A stretch of 64,000 nt of DNA from an uncultured bacterium. GTDB lineage: Bacteria > Auribacterota > Erginobacteria > Erginobacterales > Erginobacteraceae. The stretch spans positions 1-64,000 of the forward strand of contig CAWGIE010000011.1 in NCBI GenBank assembly GCA_963822585.1, written 5' to 3'. The notes below the pieces were generated by a model. It ran no database searches and was not told the origin of the DNA. It saw nothing but the letters and a program-made list of their open reading frames with translations. Positions within the stretch are counted from its first letter, which is position 1, and each line of letters begins with the position of its first letter. Below are positions 9,902 to 20,432 of this stretch, piece after piece. A program made the position numbers and the translations under genes.

Positions 9902-9974
9902 CATTCCGATACCACGAATCACCGCTCCCGGTATATACTATACCGAGGGTAAACCAACCGCAAATCCAAAGACC

Positions 9975-10469
9975 ATGATCGCCTGTGTTGACGCGCATTA
10001 CCGGAAAGATCGGACCGTGGCCGCCGGTATCCTGATCGCGGACTGGGCCGATCCCCTGCCGGCCGGAAGCATAGTCTGCGATTCTATCCCCGGCCCCCCC
10101 TACCGGCCGGGGAAATTTTACCGGCGGGAACTTTTTCCCCTGCTCACGGTCCTCGAGAAGGCGGTGTTTCCTCTCGACGCCGTCATCATCGACGGCTACG
10201 TCTGGCTGGACGAACGGGGAACGCCGGGACTGGGAGCGTATCTTTACCGGGCACTGCGGGAGCAGGTCCCCGTGATCGGCGTCGCCAAGAACCGGTTCCG
10301 GAACGATACTTTCTCCTGCCGGGTTTTCCGGGGAAAGAGCGCGCGGCCGCTCTACATCACGGCCGCCGGGATCCCCGCTGAGGAAGCAGCCGCGCGGATC
10401 CGGGCCATGCACGGTCCCTACCGGATCCCGGCCATGCTCCGGGAAGCGGACCGCCTGAGCCGGCAATAA
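9975..10469 (+). CDS. nfi: Endonuclease V family protein (short form)
   Basis: CVDAHY, PYRPGKFYRRELFP, IIDGYV, PVIGVAK, RIPAMLREAD. Confidence 0.85.
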   Translation: MIACVDAHYRKDRTVAAGILIADWADPLPAGSIVCDSIPGPPYRPGKFYRRELFPLLTVLEKAVFPLDAVIIDGYVWLDERGTPGLGAYLYRALREQVPVIGVAKNRFRNDTFSCRVFRGKSARPLYITAAGIPAEEAAARIRAMHGPYRIPAMLREADRLSRQ

Positions 10470-10486
10470 GAAGCCGACGCCCGGCT

Positions 10487-10999
10487 TTATTTCATCCGTC
10501 CGAGCCGGTACCAGAGTGTCGCCTCGGTCGCCGACTGGTGCGTTTCGACCGCCCGGCCTTCGCTGTTGATCGCGACCGAAGGAAGGCTGCCCTTGTCATA
10601 TTGGCGGGAAGGGCTCCAGTTGATCTGATCGCCGTCAATCCGGCCGATCCGGTACCAGAGAGTATCGTCGCTATCCGAGAGATGGACTTCCACCACCCGG
10701 CCGGCGTTGTTCAGGCTCACCGAGGGGGAACGTCCCCGGTCGTACTGCCGGGACGGTCCCCAGGCGATCTGGTCGCCCGAGACGCTGCCCACGCGGTACC
10801 AGAGCGTGGCGGCGCTGTCCGACTGATGGACCTCCACCACCCGGCCGGCGTTGTTCAAAGCCACCGAAGGATCGCGGCCCTTGTCGTACTGACGAGGCGC
10901 GCTCCATTCGACGGAATCGTCCGCGGCCGCCGGGCCCGGCTGGACCAGTAAAAGTGCCCCGCAAAAACCTGCGCCCAGATATCCATAGAGAGTTCGCAT
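10487..10999 (-). CDS. Secreted protein with three ~47-aa beta-propeller-blade-like repeats
   Basis: Signal peptide ending PAAA; W.P.RQYD.G..PSV..N..GR.VE.H.S...LWYR.G three times; RBS GGAGGT. Confidence 0.8.
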   Translation of the reverse strand: MRTLYGYLGAGFCGALLLVQPGPAAADDSVEWSAPRQYDKGRDPSVALNNAGRVVEVHQSDSAATLWYRVGSVSGDQIAWGPSRQYDRGRSPSVSLNNAGRVVEVHLSDSDDTLWYRIGRIDGDQINWSPSRQYDKGSLPSVAINSEGRAVETHQSATEATLWYRLGRMK

Positions 11000-11032
11000 T
11001 CTCTTCTTCACCTCCATCTTGGAATTACAACT

Positions 11033-11099
11033 TAGCTTCGCAACTGAGGGAGGGCACGGCGGCCCTCCCCTACGTAGGGGCCGACCGCTGTGTCGGCCC
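11033..11099. repeat. GTAG-type REP doublet, copy 2 (inverted)
   Basis: CCCCTACGTAGGGGCCGACCGCTGTGTCGGCCC is the reverse complement of 9835-9867. Confidence 0.8.
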
Positions 11100-11120
11100 G
11101 ATTTATTGAAATTCCGAAAC

Positions 11121-11220
11121 AGCAAGTTAGTGCCTCCGGCGCAACTTGTAGTGTAAAGTGTAATGGATCTTTACACCTGATACCGGATACTTTACACAGC
11201 TTTATTGAAATTCCGAAGCA
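11121..11220. repeat. ~100-bp element (CAAGTT..CAACTT, TTTACAC hairpin, TATTGAAATTCCGAA)
   Basis: Homologous to 26297-26409; shares ends with 11028-11128 and 33430-33536. Confidence 0.75.
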
Positions 11221-11250
11221 ACAAAGGTTAGCTTGCTTTTTGGGGTCCGG

Positions 11251-14200
11251 CTATTCCCGAGCGGCTATTTTGTCACCGGGACATCGCCGGCGAGCGCCGA
11301 AATAAACCCGGGTGACTTCACGGACGGCCCAGAGGCCGGAGGGCGGCCGGAAGACGGCGATCTCGTCGAGCGCGTTCCCGTCGAAGTCGGCGGGCACCGG
11401 GCTGTCTCCGGTATGGCCGAAATAAACCCGGCCCGCGCCCCTGATCGCCCACAGACCGGAAGAGGCCCGGAAGATCGCGATCCCGGTCCGGAAGGGACTG
11501 CCGGAGGAGCCTAACCATTGATAAACGGCCGGCACCGGCCGGTCGCCGTTCCGGCCGAAGTAAGCGCGACCCCCTCCCCGGATCGCCCAGAGACCGCTCC
11601 CCGGGCGGAAGACGGCGATCTCGGAATAGTAATCCCCGTCATAATCGCCCGGTACCGGCTTATCCCCTCCCATCCCGTAATAAAGCCGGGTGAACCCCCG
11701 GACCGCCCACCGCCCGCTCGCGCTCCCGTAAACGGCCGGGTCGCTGGTGCCGTCCCCGTCATAATCGCCCGGGACCGGGATATCGGCGGAGTTCCCGTAA
11801 TAGAAGCGGGTGATTCCCTTCACCGCCCACATCCCGGAGGCCGGGCGGAAGATCGAGACGTCCGCGTAGCCGTCCCCGTCGTAATCGCCGCTGACGGGGA
11901 TGTCCCCGGCTCTCCCGTAGTACACCCGCCCCAGCCCCCGCACCGCCCAGAGCCCGTTATCCGGGCGGAAGACGGCGATGTCCGACTTCCCGTCGCCGTC
12001 GTAATCCCCGCAATCGAGAACCAGATACTCCGGCGTGGGATAGACGGTGGGCGACGGCGTGACGGTCGGCGTCGGGGTGTTCTCCGGCGTCGGGGTCAGG
12101 CTGGCAGTGGGCGTGACCGACGGCGTCGGGGTCATGCTGGGGGTGGGGGTGACCGAAGGCGTGGGGGTAACACTCGGGGTGGGGGTAACCGACGGGGTCG
12201 GCGTGGTCAGGTAGCAACCCCAGGAGAGCCGCGAGAGGAAGATGTCCCCGCCGTCTCCGGCGACCGCCTGATAAGCGTTCTCGACCGGGAAATCGGTCGA
12301 GGAGGTGAAGCCGGTCACGTAAGCGGCGTTCAGGGAATCGACGGCCACCGCCCGAGCGGTATCGTCCCCGCTTCCCCCCAAAAAGGTGGAGTAAAGGAGC
12401 GCCGAACCCGAACCGTCGAGCCGGGTCAGGAAAGCGTCGATGCCTTGCATCATCGATTGATACGGATGGGAGAGGGGGAAGTCGGAGGCGTACGTCTCAC
12501 CGACGGCGTGGGCACGTCCTTCCCCGTCAACGGCGATGCCATAGCCGTCGTCCTCGGCACTGGAGCCGAGGTAGGTTGAGTAGATCAGCGCAGATCCGGT
12601 CGAGGAAAGTTTCGTCACCCAGGCGTCCATGTCCCCGGCCCGACCGGGCTGGTAGGAGTTGGCAGTGGGAAAGTCGTCGGAGTCGGTGCGCCCGACCAGG
12701 TACACCGTATGGTCCGATCCCAGGGCAATCCCGTGGCCGTCGTCGAAGCCGGTCCCGCCCAGGTAGGTCGAAAAGAGCAGCGCCGATCCCGTCGAAGAGA
12801 GTCGGGTGACGAAGGCGTCGGACTCGGTCTGGGCCTGGAAGCTGGCTTGGTAGGGGTTTACGGTCGGAAAATCGATCGAGTCGGTGTAGCCGACGACAAC
12901 GGGAGAAAGCTCGTCGTCCACGGCGATTCCATCGCCCGCCTCCCCGGCCGTACCGCCCAGGTAACTTGAATAAAGAAGTGTCCCGCCGTCGGAAGAAAGT
13001 CTGCTCACGGTGGCTGCCGAACTGCCGGGGAAGACGCCCTGGTACGGGTCCAGGGTCGGGAAATCAGCGGAGTAGGTTATCCCCGTGACATAGGCGCAGA
13101 AGGCCGTGTCCACGGCAAGCGCCCCGCCCTGGTCCGGGTCGCTCCCGCCCAGATAGGTCGAGTAGACGAGTCCGGAACCGGTGGATGAAAGTTTGGAAAT
13201 GAAATAATCAAAATCCCCGAACCCGCCGCCCAGGGTAGCCTGGTAGGGGTTCACGGTGGGAAAATCCTGGGAGATCGTGTAACCCCCCAGGTAAGCGCAG
13301 CCGGATGAATCAAGCGCCAGCCCTCTCAGTTCGTCCACCACGGAACCGCCCAGGTAAGTTGAGTAAATGAGGGTGGAACCGGCGGAAGAGAATTTGCTCA
13401 CCACTACGTTGGCGAAGCCGGGGCGCCGCGCCTGGTAGGGATTCACTGTGGGAAAGTCGGCCGACCATGACTGGCCGGCGATATAGGCGTCGAGGGCGTC
13501 ATCCACGGCGACCGCCCAGGCGCTGTCGGTATCGCTCCCGCCCAGATAGGTGGAGTAATCGAGAAATAGCTTGCAGATCATGTTCCAGGGCGTCGGCGAC
13601 GGCGTTACTGAAGGCGTGGGCGTAACTGAAGGCGTGGGTGTCGGCGTGGGAGTCGGGGTCACGGATGGCGTCGGAGTAATACTTGGTGTCGGCGTCACCG
13701 AGGGTGTCGGGGTAGCGCTCGGCGTCGGCGTCACCGATGGCGTCGGCGTCACCGATGGCGTCGGCGTAACCGATGGCGTGGGTGTAACCGATGGCGTGGG
13801 TGTGACGGACGGCGTGGGAGTGGTCGAAGGCGTTGGCGTCACGCTGGGTGTCGGGGTGACGCTGGGCGTCGGTGTCGGTGTCATACTTGGCGTTGGGGTA
13901 ACCGAAGGCGTGGGCGTAACGGAAGGCGTGGGGGTCACCGAGGGGGTCGGTGTGACGGACGGTGTTGGTGTAACGGACGGTGTCGGAGACGGTGTTAGCG
14001 ATGGTGTCGGTGTCATACTTGGCGTTGGTGTAACCGAGGGCGTGGGCGTGACCGATGGTGTGGGAGTGATTGACGGCGTCGGCGTCACGCTGGGCGTCGG
14101 TGTCGGGGTGACGCTGGGTGTCGGCGTCACCGATGGAGTTGGAGTCAGGCTGGGCGTCGGGGTGACCGAAGGAGTAGGTGTGACCGAGGGTGTCGGGGTG

Positions 14201-15519
14201 ATCGAAGGCGTCGGCGTGACACTGGGGGTAGGAGTGACAGACGGCGTGGCCAGCTCCCCGGTCACGAACACATCGTCTACCCCGACTCCCCAACTGCCGG
14301 CGAGATAGCCCCTGAAACCGACAAAGTAGCGGTTGGCCGGGCTGGGCAGATCGAGCGTCTCCAGCGTCCAGGTGGGAATATCGTAGTCATAGTGGGTGAG
14401 CTCAACCCAGGCCCCGGCGTCCGCGACCCGGTAGTAGACGGTCAGATTGTCCTGGTATGCGGCATAAGCCGCCTGGGCGTGCCAGAAGGAGAGCCGGGGA
14501 TTCCTGGTCAGTAACCCGAACTCCAGCGGCGGCGAGATCAGCATGGTGTCGCCCGGACCTTCGGTAGTCAGGAGAGCGTTATAGCCGCTGTGGGCGGGCG
14601 GATGCGCAGAGAGACAACCGGAAGCCTGCGTCCAGTCCGTGGTCCAGGTAAAGAACTGCTTGGACCATACGTTAGGGTAGTCAGAGGGGGCTCCATTGGA
14701 CCAGGGGCCGTCGAAATATTCCGTATAAGGAACCGGCATCGCGGGCGGTGTTGGTGTTATGGATGGCGTCGGCGTAACCGAGGGCGTCGGTGCAACCGAG
14801 GGAGTGGGTGTCGGCGTGACGCTGGGCGTCGGAGTGACCGAAGGAGAGACTGACGGCGTCACGCTTGGCGTCGGGGTCACCGAAGGCGTGGGTGTCACAG
14901 TCGGTGGAGGTGTAGGAGTTGGCGTTATAAGTTCACCCACCACCGCTACATCGTCGATTCCGATTCCGAAACCATAGTACGAGTAGCCTTTGAAGCAGAT
15001 AAAGTACCTATTGGTCGGGGCGGGGAGGCTGAGCGTGTGGAGCGTCCAGGTTCCGATCGTCTTGTCATAGTGGGTCAGCTGGGTCCAGGACCCGCCGTCC
15101 GAGAGCCGGTAGTAGACGGTCAGCTCATCCTGGTCGCCCGCCCAATCCGACTGGCAGTGCCAGAAGGAGAGTTTCGGGTTCTTGGTCAGGGATCCAAAAG
15201 CAAGCGGGGGAGAGATGAGCCGGGTCTCCGGCCCGGACCAATCCTCCTGGTAGAAGAGAGCGTTGTAGCCGCTGTGAGCGGGAGGGGTCTCATAGAGGCA
15301 GCCGGAGTACTGGACCCAGTTGGTAGTCCCGCTGATGAACTGCTTGCTCCAGATATTGGGGTAATTAGAGGGCGCCCCCCCGGCCCAGGGCCCGTTAAAA
15401 TTTTCCGTATACGGGACCGGCATCGCGGGCGGTGTCGGTGTCGGCTGGGCGAAAATAAAAGCCGGCGGCGATAAAACGACGAAGAGCATGCCAGCAGAAA
15501 TAGAAAAAAAATGTTTCAT
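11251..15519 (-). CDS. Large secreted/surface protein: two adhesin-like beta-sandwich domains, long (TPTPSV)n linkers, SBBP beta-propeller, C-terminal FG-GAP/VCBS-like repeats
   Basis: Signal peptide MKHFF...IFAQ; two LISPPL.F domains; YSTYLGGS repeats; GDYDGDG..DIAVFRP..GLWAVRG repeats. Confidence 0.88.
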   Translation of the reverse strand: MKHFFSISAGMLFVVLSPPAFIFAQPTPTPPAMPVPYTENFNGPWAGGAPSNYPNIWSKQFISGTTNWVQYSGCLYETPPAHSGYNALFYQEDWSGPETRLISPPLAFGSLTKNPKLSFWHCQSDWAGDQDELTVYYRLSDGGSWTQLTHYDKTIGTWTLHTLSLPAPTNRYFICFKGYSYYGFGIGIDDVAVVGELITPTPTPPPTVTPTPSVTPTPSVTPSVSPSVTPTPSVTPTPTPSVAPTPSVTPTPSITPTPPAMPVPYTEYFDGPWSNGAPSDYPNVWSKQFFTWTTDWTQASGCLSAHPPAHSGYNALLTTEGPGDTMLISPPLEFGLLTRNPRLSFWHAQAAYAAYQDNLTVYYRVADAGAWVELTHYDYDIPTWTLETLDLPSPANRYFVGFRGYLAGSWGVGVDDVFVTGELATPSVTPTPSVTPTPSITPTPSVTPTPSVTPTPSLTPTPSVTPTPSVTPTPTPSVTPTPSITPTPSVTPTPSVTPTPSMTPTPSLTPSPTPSVTPTPSVTPTPSVTPTPSVTPTPSVTPTPSMTPTPTPSVTPTPSVTPTPSTTPTPSVTPTPSVTPTPSVTPTPSVTPTPSVTPTPSATPTPSVTPTPSITPTPSVTPTPTPTPTPSVTPTPSVTPSPTPWNMICKLFLDYSTYLGGSDTDSAWAVAVDDALDAYIAGQSWSADFPTVNPYQARRPGFANVVVSKFSSAGSTLIYSTYLGGSVVDELRGLALDSSGCAYLGGYTISQDFPTVNPYQATLGGGFGDFDYFISKLSSTGSGLVYSTYLGGSDPDQGGALAVDTAFCAYVTGITYSADFPTLDPYQGVFPGSSAATVSRLSSDGGTLLYSSYLGGTAGEAGDGIAVDDELSPVVVGYTDSIDFPTVNPYQASFQAQTESDAFVTRLSSTGSALLFSTYLGGTGFDDGHGIALGSDHTVYLVGRTDSDDFPTANSYQPGRAGDMDAWVTKLSSTGSALIYSTYLGSSAEDDGYGIAVDGEGRAHAVGETYASDFPLSHPYQSMMQGIDAFLTRLDGSGSALLYSTFLGGSGDDTARAVAVDSLNAAYVTGFTSSTDFPVENAYQAVAGDGGDIFLSRLSWGCYLTTPTPSVTPTPSVTPTPSVTPTPSMTPTPSVTPTASLTPTPENTPTPTVTPSPTVYPTPEYLVLDCGDYDGDGKSDIAVFRPDNGLWAVRGLGRVYYGRAGDIPVSGDYDGDGYADVSIFRPASGMWAVKGITRFYYGNSADIPVPGDYDGDGTSDPAVYGSASGRWAVRGFTRLYYGMGGDKPVPGDYDGDYYSEIAVFRPGSGLWAIRGGGRAYFGRNGDRPVPAVYQWLGSSGSPFRTGIAIFRASSGLWAIRGAGRVYFGHTGDSPVPADFDGNALDEIAVFRPPSGLWAVREVTRVYFGARRRCPGDKIAARE

Positions 15520-15712
15520 TGTTTCTTGGTGGCAGCAGGGGATGAAACGGTTCTTGTCCCACTCCCGGAAAGAGATATAGTACAAAATACCCCCTACCAA
15601 TTTCAAGAGAGATATCCAATTATTTCATGACAATAAACAGAGTTGCAACAGCACCTGTACCATACTACACTGGAGATAGACGACTCATTAATTTTAGTTT
15701 TTCTCTGTATTC

Positions 15713-16222
15713 ATGGACCCATCCCATACCAGACTTTTCCGGACCGGAGAACTCCGGGAGCGTATTCAACGGGCCCGGGCTCTCCTCAACCCCTGCCGCC
15801 TCTGCCCCCGTCAGTGCGGGGTCAACCGTCTGAAAGATGAAGAGGGTGCCTGCCGGACCGGCCGGTACGCTCGCGTTGCCAGCTGCTATCCCCACTTCGG
15901 GGAGGAGCCGGAACTGGTCGGAGAGCACGGTTCCGGAACCGTATTCTTCCAATCCTGCGGCCTGCTCTGCTCGTTCTGCCAGAATTACCAGATCAGTCAT
16001 TACCCGGGAGGGGTGGCCGTCGATCCCGGGCAGTTGGCCGGGCTGATGCTCGATCTGGCCCGGAAGGGATGCCACAACACCTACCTGAACATCATGGCCC
16101 AGTATCGCCCCTGCGGCGAAGCGGCGAGGGATCCGGTTATCGGGCGAGCGCCGCGACCCGAGGAATATCGCCGCGCGCGGGCGGAAGCCCACGCCGCCGG
16201 GCTGACGCATCTTTCCCCCTGA
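15713..16222 (+). pseudogene. PflX-like radical SAM protein with a large in-frame internal deletion
   Basis: CRLCPRQC, PHFGEEP, GSGTVFF, CGLLCSFCQN present; GCHN is joined directly to the C-terminal motif TYLNIMAQYRP; only 169 aa. Confidence 0.72.
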
Positions 16223-16404
16223 AGGGAGACACACCGGGGGCAATGCCCCCTGATTTTCCGGCTTGCTAATTCGCCCGCGATAATGTATCTTTACTATGGT
16301 AAAGCGTCTCTTGGAAGATATAATCCGATTAACCACATCAAGCCGAGCAGTTTTGAACGACAGTCGAAATTCCCGGGGGATCATCCCGAAGCAGGATATC
16401 AGTG

Positions 16405-16785
16405 ATGTCTACCATGAAAAAAGTTCTCGTCGCCGAGGATGACGAACTCTCACGCGAGATCATCGTTAAGATCGTGGAGTCGCTGGGGATGGTGGCCATC
16501 CAAAGTTCAAACGGCAAGATCGCCTTACGGGTTCTCCTCGACAACCCCGACGTCTGCCTTCTTATCTCGGATATAATGATGCCCGAGCTGGATGGGATGA
16601 TGCTGATCAAGATACTGCGGGGAAAAGAGAATTTCGCCGATCTTCCCATCATCATTATCTCCGGGGTGGCTGCCTTGAACGAGATCAATCATATCCTGGA
16701 ACTGGGCCCGTCAATCTTTCTGGACAAACCACTGAACCCATCCGAGCTGGAGCGACATATAAAAACTCTGACCGCGAATAAATAG
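16405..16785 (+). CDS. Single-domain response regulator (CheY-like)
   Basis: VLVAEDD, LISDIMMPELDG, IIISG, LDKP. Confidence 0.92.
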   Translation: MSTMKKVLVAEDDELSREIIVKIVESLGMVAIQSSNGKIALRVLLDNPDVCLLISDIMMPELDGMMLIKILRGKENFADLPIIIISGVAALNEINHILELGPSIFLDKPLNPSELERHIKTLTANK

Positions 16786-16938
16786 CCGGCCTTAACGGAT
16801 GTCAGGCCATCAGCCTCCGTAGCGTTGCCGACACCGGGTATCCGAGGTATTACAGCCTGCTGATACAGGCAATTCGATCCCCCGAGGCTCCTATTTCCAA
16901 AATACCGATGCCACAGATGACTATCGGGAGAACCCCAG

Positions 16939-17766
16939 ATGCCCTCAGTCTTTTATCCTGAATCGACCGCCGACCGCGTCACCGACCTGCTGCATCAAGG
17001 GAATGAGCTTTTCAAGCGGGGAGACCATGCCGGCGCTCTGAAAAAATACGAAACCGCCCTCAGCATCGACGGGAACGCGGATTTCTCGCTCTTGATGAAA
17101 GGCGCGCTCCTCTCCCGGATGGAACAGCACGAACCGGCGATTGCTTATTGCGACAAGCACCTTGATTTCAATCCGCAGGACGCCGAAGGCTGGAAGCTGA
17201 AGGGCCGGGTCTGCGCCGCCGCCAGGCATTCCGATGAGGCTCTCCGCTGCTACGAACGCGCCCTCCAGTTAAACCCCCGGGACGTCGCCGTCCTTCTCTA
17301 TAAGGGGTATCTCCTCGCGGACAGATTCCAGCAATACGAGAAAGCGATCGAATGCTACGACGCGGCTCTCGCCGCCACCCCCCGCGACCCGAAGATCTGG
17401 AGATTAAAAGGAGTTGCCCTCCATAATCTCGACCGGTTTCATAAGGCTATCGCCTGCTACAACAAGGCCCTGCGTATCGACAGGAAGAACGCGGAGACCT
17501 GGAAAGACAAGGGCGATTCGCTCAACTGCCTGGCCCTGAGCAAGAAAGCGCTCCTCTGCTATCAAGAGGCGATCAAGCTGGAACCCCGGAACGCTTCTTT
17601 ATGGTATTTCGCGGCCCTTACTCTCGACGAACTGGGAAAAACCCGCAAGGCAATCAAGGCATACCGTCAGGTGATCGCCTATGCCGGGCCGGAGAACGAG
17701 GAACTGGTGAACCAGGCCCGAATCGCAGTGTCGCATCTTGAGGGGCTGTCGCCCGAATCCACGTAA
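16939..17766 (+). CDS. Tetratricopeptide repeat protein
   Basis: Repeated W..KG..L....A..CY..AL...P. Confidence 0.9.
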   Translation: MPSVFYPESTADRVTDLLHQGNELFKRGDHAGALKKYETALSIDGNADFSLLMKGALLSRMEQHEPAIAYCDKHLDFNPQDAEGWKLKGRVCAAARHSDEALRCYERALQLNPRDVAVLLYKGYLLADRFQQYEKAIECYDAALAATPRDPKIWRLKGVALHNLDRFHKAIACYNKALRIDRKNAETWKDKGDSLNCLALSKKALLCYQEAIKLEPRNASLWYFAALTLDELGKTRKAIKAYRQVIAYAGPENEELVNQARIAVSHLEGLSPEST

Positions 17767-17792
17767 GTCGGGTCGGGCAACAGTACCTCAAG

Positions 17793-19547
17793 ATGCGATA
17801 CCGAGATCAAAAAATAAAAGACCGGGTTATTATCCAGACCGGCGAGACAGGGAACTGGCTCCTTTTCCAGAATCCGGTCGACAGCATCGAGGTCCGGACC
17901 ATCGCCGGGGTCTCCGCCGGTCTCCGGCAGTTGGAAAAACTGGTTGACGGGAGGGGGCTGCATGCCGCCGGGTTCATCAGTTACGAAGCGGCCCCTGCTT
18001 TTGACCGTTTTCTGCAAACGAAGCCGGACGGTTCTTTTCCCCTGCTCCGTTTCGGTATCTACGAGCAATACCGGATGATCCCCCCGCCCCCCCCCGCTTT
18101 CACCGCTCAACCGCTTTCCTGGTCGACGTCAGTCACGGCCGACGAGTACCGGCAGGCAATCGAACGAATCAAGAGCCATATCGCCCGGGGCGATACCTAC
18201 CAGGTTAATTTCACCTTCCGCCTGAACGCCCCTTTCACCGGAGACGGCTGGGAGCTGTTCCGGAACCTGACCGGAGCGCAGGGCGGCAGATACGGCGCTT
18301 TTATCGACACCGAGAAATACACGATCTGTTCCGCCTCTCCGGAGATGTTCTTTCGACTCAATGAGCGGCGCGTCCTCACCCGTCCCATGAAGGGAACGGC
18401 GGAGCGGGGACGTACCCCCGCCGAGGACGGCGAGCGGGCGGAACGGCTCCGCCATTCGGGAAAGAATCGGGCCGAAAATCTCATGATCGTGGACATGATC
18501 CGGAACGACCTGAGCAAGATCGCTCTGACGGGGAGCGTCCGGGTATATGACCTTTTCCGGATCGAACAATACCGGACGCTTTTTCAGATGACCTCCACGG
18601 TAGAAGCTTTTTCCGATGCCCCCTTCTCCGAGATTACGGCCGCCCTCTTCCCCTGCGCTTCGGTTACCGGGGCCCCGAAACCCCGGACAATGAGCATCAT
18701 CGCCGAACTGGAGAAGAACCCGCGGCGGATATACACGGGATGCATCGGCTACCTTTCTCCCGGGCGCCGGGCCCAGTTCAACGTGGCGATCCGGACCGTT
18801 CTCATCGACAAAGAGCGAGGATCAGCGGAATACGGTGTCGGGGGGGGGATCGTCTGGGACTCCACCGTTGCCGATGAATACCGGGAGTGCGAAATCAAGT
18901 CCCGGCTGCTCAATGAAAAACCTTTGGACTTCTCCCTTTTAGAAACAATCCTCTGGACACCGGAGGACGGGCATTTTCTTCTCCGGGAACACCTGAAAAG
19001 AATCCGGGGGGCGGCTCACTCCTTCGGCTTCCCGGTTACGACCACCGCTCTCCTCCGGCGGCTGATCTCTCTGGCCGAGAAGCGTCCCCCGGGACGCTAC
19101 CGGGTCCGCCTGCTGGTAAACCGGAAGGGCGCAATCACCTGCCAGGAAACAATCCTGCCGGAGGAACCGGGAAAGCAAACCGCAACGATCAGGCTTTCCC
19201 CTTCCCCGGTTGATTCCCGCGACCCCTTTCTATACCATAAAACCACTCACCGCAGGGTGTATGAGGCGGCCCGGGCCGGATGCCCGGACTGCGACGACGT
19301 GCTCCTCTGGAATGAACGGGGAGAGATAACCGAGACCACCATCGCTAACGTGGTCGTAAAGAAAAACGGCGAACTGATCACCCCTCCCGTCGCTTCCGGA
19401 CTTCTGGCGGGGACATTCCGAGGGTGGCTGCTCAAGCGCGGGGAGATCCGTGAGGAGGTGATTCTCCTTGACGAAATAACGGGGGATTCCTGTATATACC
19501 TCATCAATTCCGTCCGAAAATGGATGCGGGCCGAATTGATTTCGTGA
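17793..19547 (+). CDS. pabB: Aminodeoxychorismate synthase component I fused to a class IV aminotransferase/ADC lyase domain
   Basis: GDTYQVNFT, SPEMFF, RPMKGT, AENLMIVDMIRND, SVTGAPK; C-terminal HKTT, LWNERGEITE, SGLLAGTFR. Confidence 0.92.
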   Translation: MRYRDQKIKDRVIIQTGETGNWLLFQNPVDSIEVRTIAGVSAGLRQLEKLVDGRGLHAAGFISYEAAPAFDRFLQTKPDGSFPLLRFGIYEQYRMIPPPPPAFTAQPLSWSTSVTADEYRQAIERIKSHIARGDTYQVNFTFRLNAPFTGDGWELFRNLTGAQGGRYGAFIDTEKYTICSASPEMFFRLNERRVLTRPMKGTAERGRTPAEDGERAERLRHSGKNRAENLMIVDMIRNDLSKIALTGSVRVYDLFRIEQYRTLFQMTSTVEAFSDAPFSEITAALFPCASVTGAPKPRTMSIIAELEKNPRRIYTGCIGYLSPGRRAQFNVAIRTVLIDKERGSAEYGVGGGIVWDSTVADEYRECEIKSRLLNEKPLDFSLLETILWTPEDGHFLLREHLKRIRGAAHSFGFPVTTTALLRRLISLAEKRPPGRYRVRLLVNRKGAITCQETILPEEPGKQTATIRLSPSPVDSRDPFLYHKTTHRRVYEAARAGCPDCDDVLLWNERGEITETTIANVVVKKNGELITPPVASGLLAGTFRGWLLKRGEIREEVILLDEITGDSCIYLINSVRKWMRAELIS

Positions 19548-19695
19548 TATAATTCAGGGTGCTGACTACTGTTGAGGGAACAATTGAAGGAGAAAAAGAT
19601 ATCCCTGAAAATGACCCCGATTGCATCGGGGCGGAGCGAAATCCGACCCGAAAAATGATCTCCGATCATCTCGGGTTAATAATGACGAAATTCAA

Positions 19696-20073
19696 ATGGT
19701 TAAAATATTAATTATCGGGGCCGGCGGCTTCATCGGCGCGATCTGCCGGTACGGACTCTCCGGATGGATTTACCGGGTGCTGAAAAATCCCTGGTATCCG
19801 TTCGGAACACTGGGAGTAAATTGCCTCGGCTGCCTGCTGATCGGTTTTCTGGGCGGCCTGGTCGAGAACAGAGAAATGCTCCGGCCCGGCCTCCGTCTCT
19901 TTCTGATGATCGGGCTCCTGGGGGCTTTCACCACTTTTTCGACCTTCGGCTATGAAACATTCGCGCTTCTGAGGAACTCGCAGTTCGGGGCGGCGGCCCT
20001 GAACAGCGCGGCCCAGGTGATCCTGGGATTAGCCGCGGTCTGGCTGGGATTTTCTCTGTCAAACCTGTTGTGA
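19696..20073 (+). CDS. crcB: Fluoride channel CrcB/Fluc
   Basis: GGFIGAICRY, PFGTLGVN, GLLGAFTTFSTF. Confidence 0.95.
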   Translation: MVKILIIGAGGFIGAICRYGLSGWIYRVLKNPWYPFGTLGVNCLGCLLIGFLGGLVENREMLRPGLRLFLMIGLLGAFTTFSTFGYETFALLRNSQFGAAALNSAAQVILGLAAVWLGFSLSNLL

Positions 20074-20081
20074 GGTAAAAG

Positions 20082-20414
20082 ATGATACCGATCGAAGAAG
20101 GGCACCTGCTCAGAATCTTTTTGGAGGAGGATCGCAAACACCAGGGGAAGCCCCTGTACGAATGGATCGTCCGCCGAGCGGAAGAGGAAGGCCTGGCCGG
20201 CGCGACCGTGCTGCGGGGGCTGGAAGGGTTCGGCAAACATCACCGGATGCATACAGCCAAGATCCTGCGCCTTTCCTCCAATCTCCCCATTATCATTGAG
20301 ATCATCGACCGGCCCGAGAAGATCGAATCTTTCTTGTCCCTGATCGATCCCGTGCTGACGGAAGGGCTGATCACTCTGGAGAAGATACGCCTGAAATTCT
20401 ACCCCGGCGAGTAA
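20082..20414 (+). CDS. DUF190 PII-like protein (crcB-associated)
   Basis: LRIFLEE...GKPLYEWIV...GLAGATVLRGLEGFG...LPIIIEIID. Confidence 0.92.
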   Translation: MIPIEEGHLLRIFLEEDRKHQGKPLYEWIVRRAEEEGLAGATVLRGLEGFGKHHRMHTAKILRLSSNLPIIIEIIDRPEKIESFLSLIDPVLTEGLITLEKIRLKFYPGE

Positions 20415-20432
20415 GAATCTCATCGCCAGCGC

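Noticed and set aside
13499..14308. GVGVT-repeat and HADA-repeat ORFs
   Set aside because: Antisense and alternate-frame shadows of the TPTPSV linker
19548..19695. Fluoride riboswitch upstream of crcB
   Set aside because: Hairpins are present, but I could not find the conserved GATGG...CTRATGA..CTAC pattern; an Rfam scan would settle it
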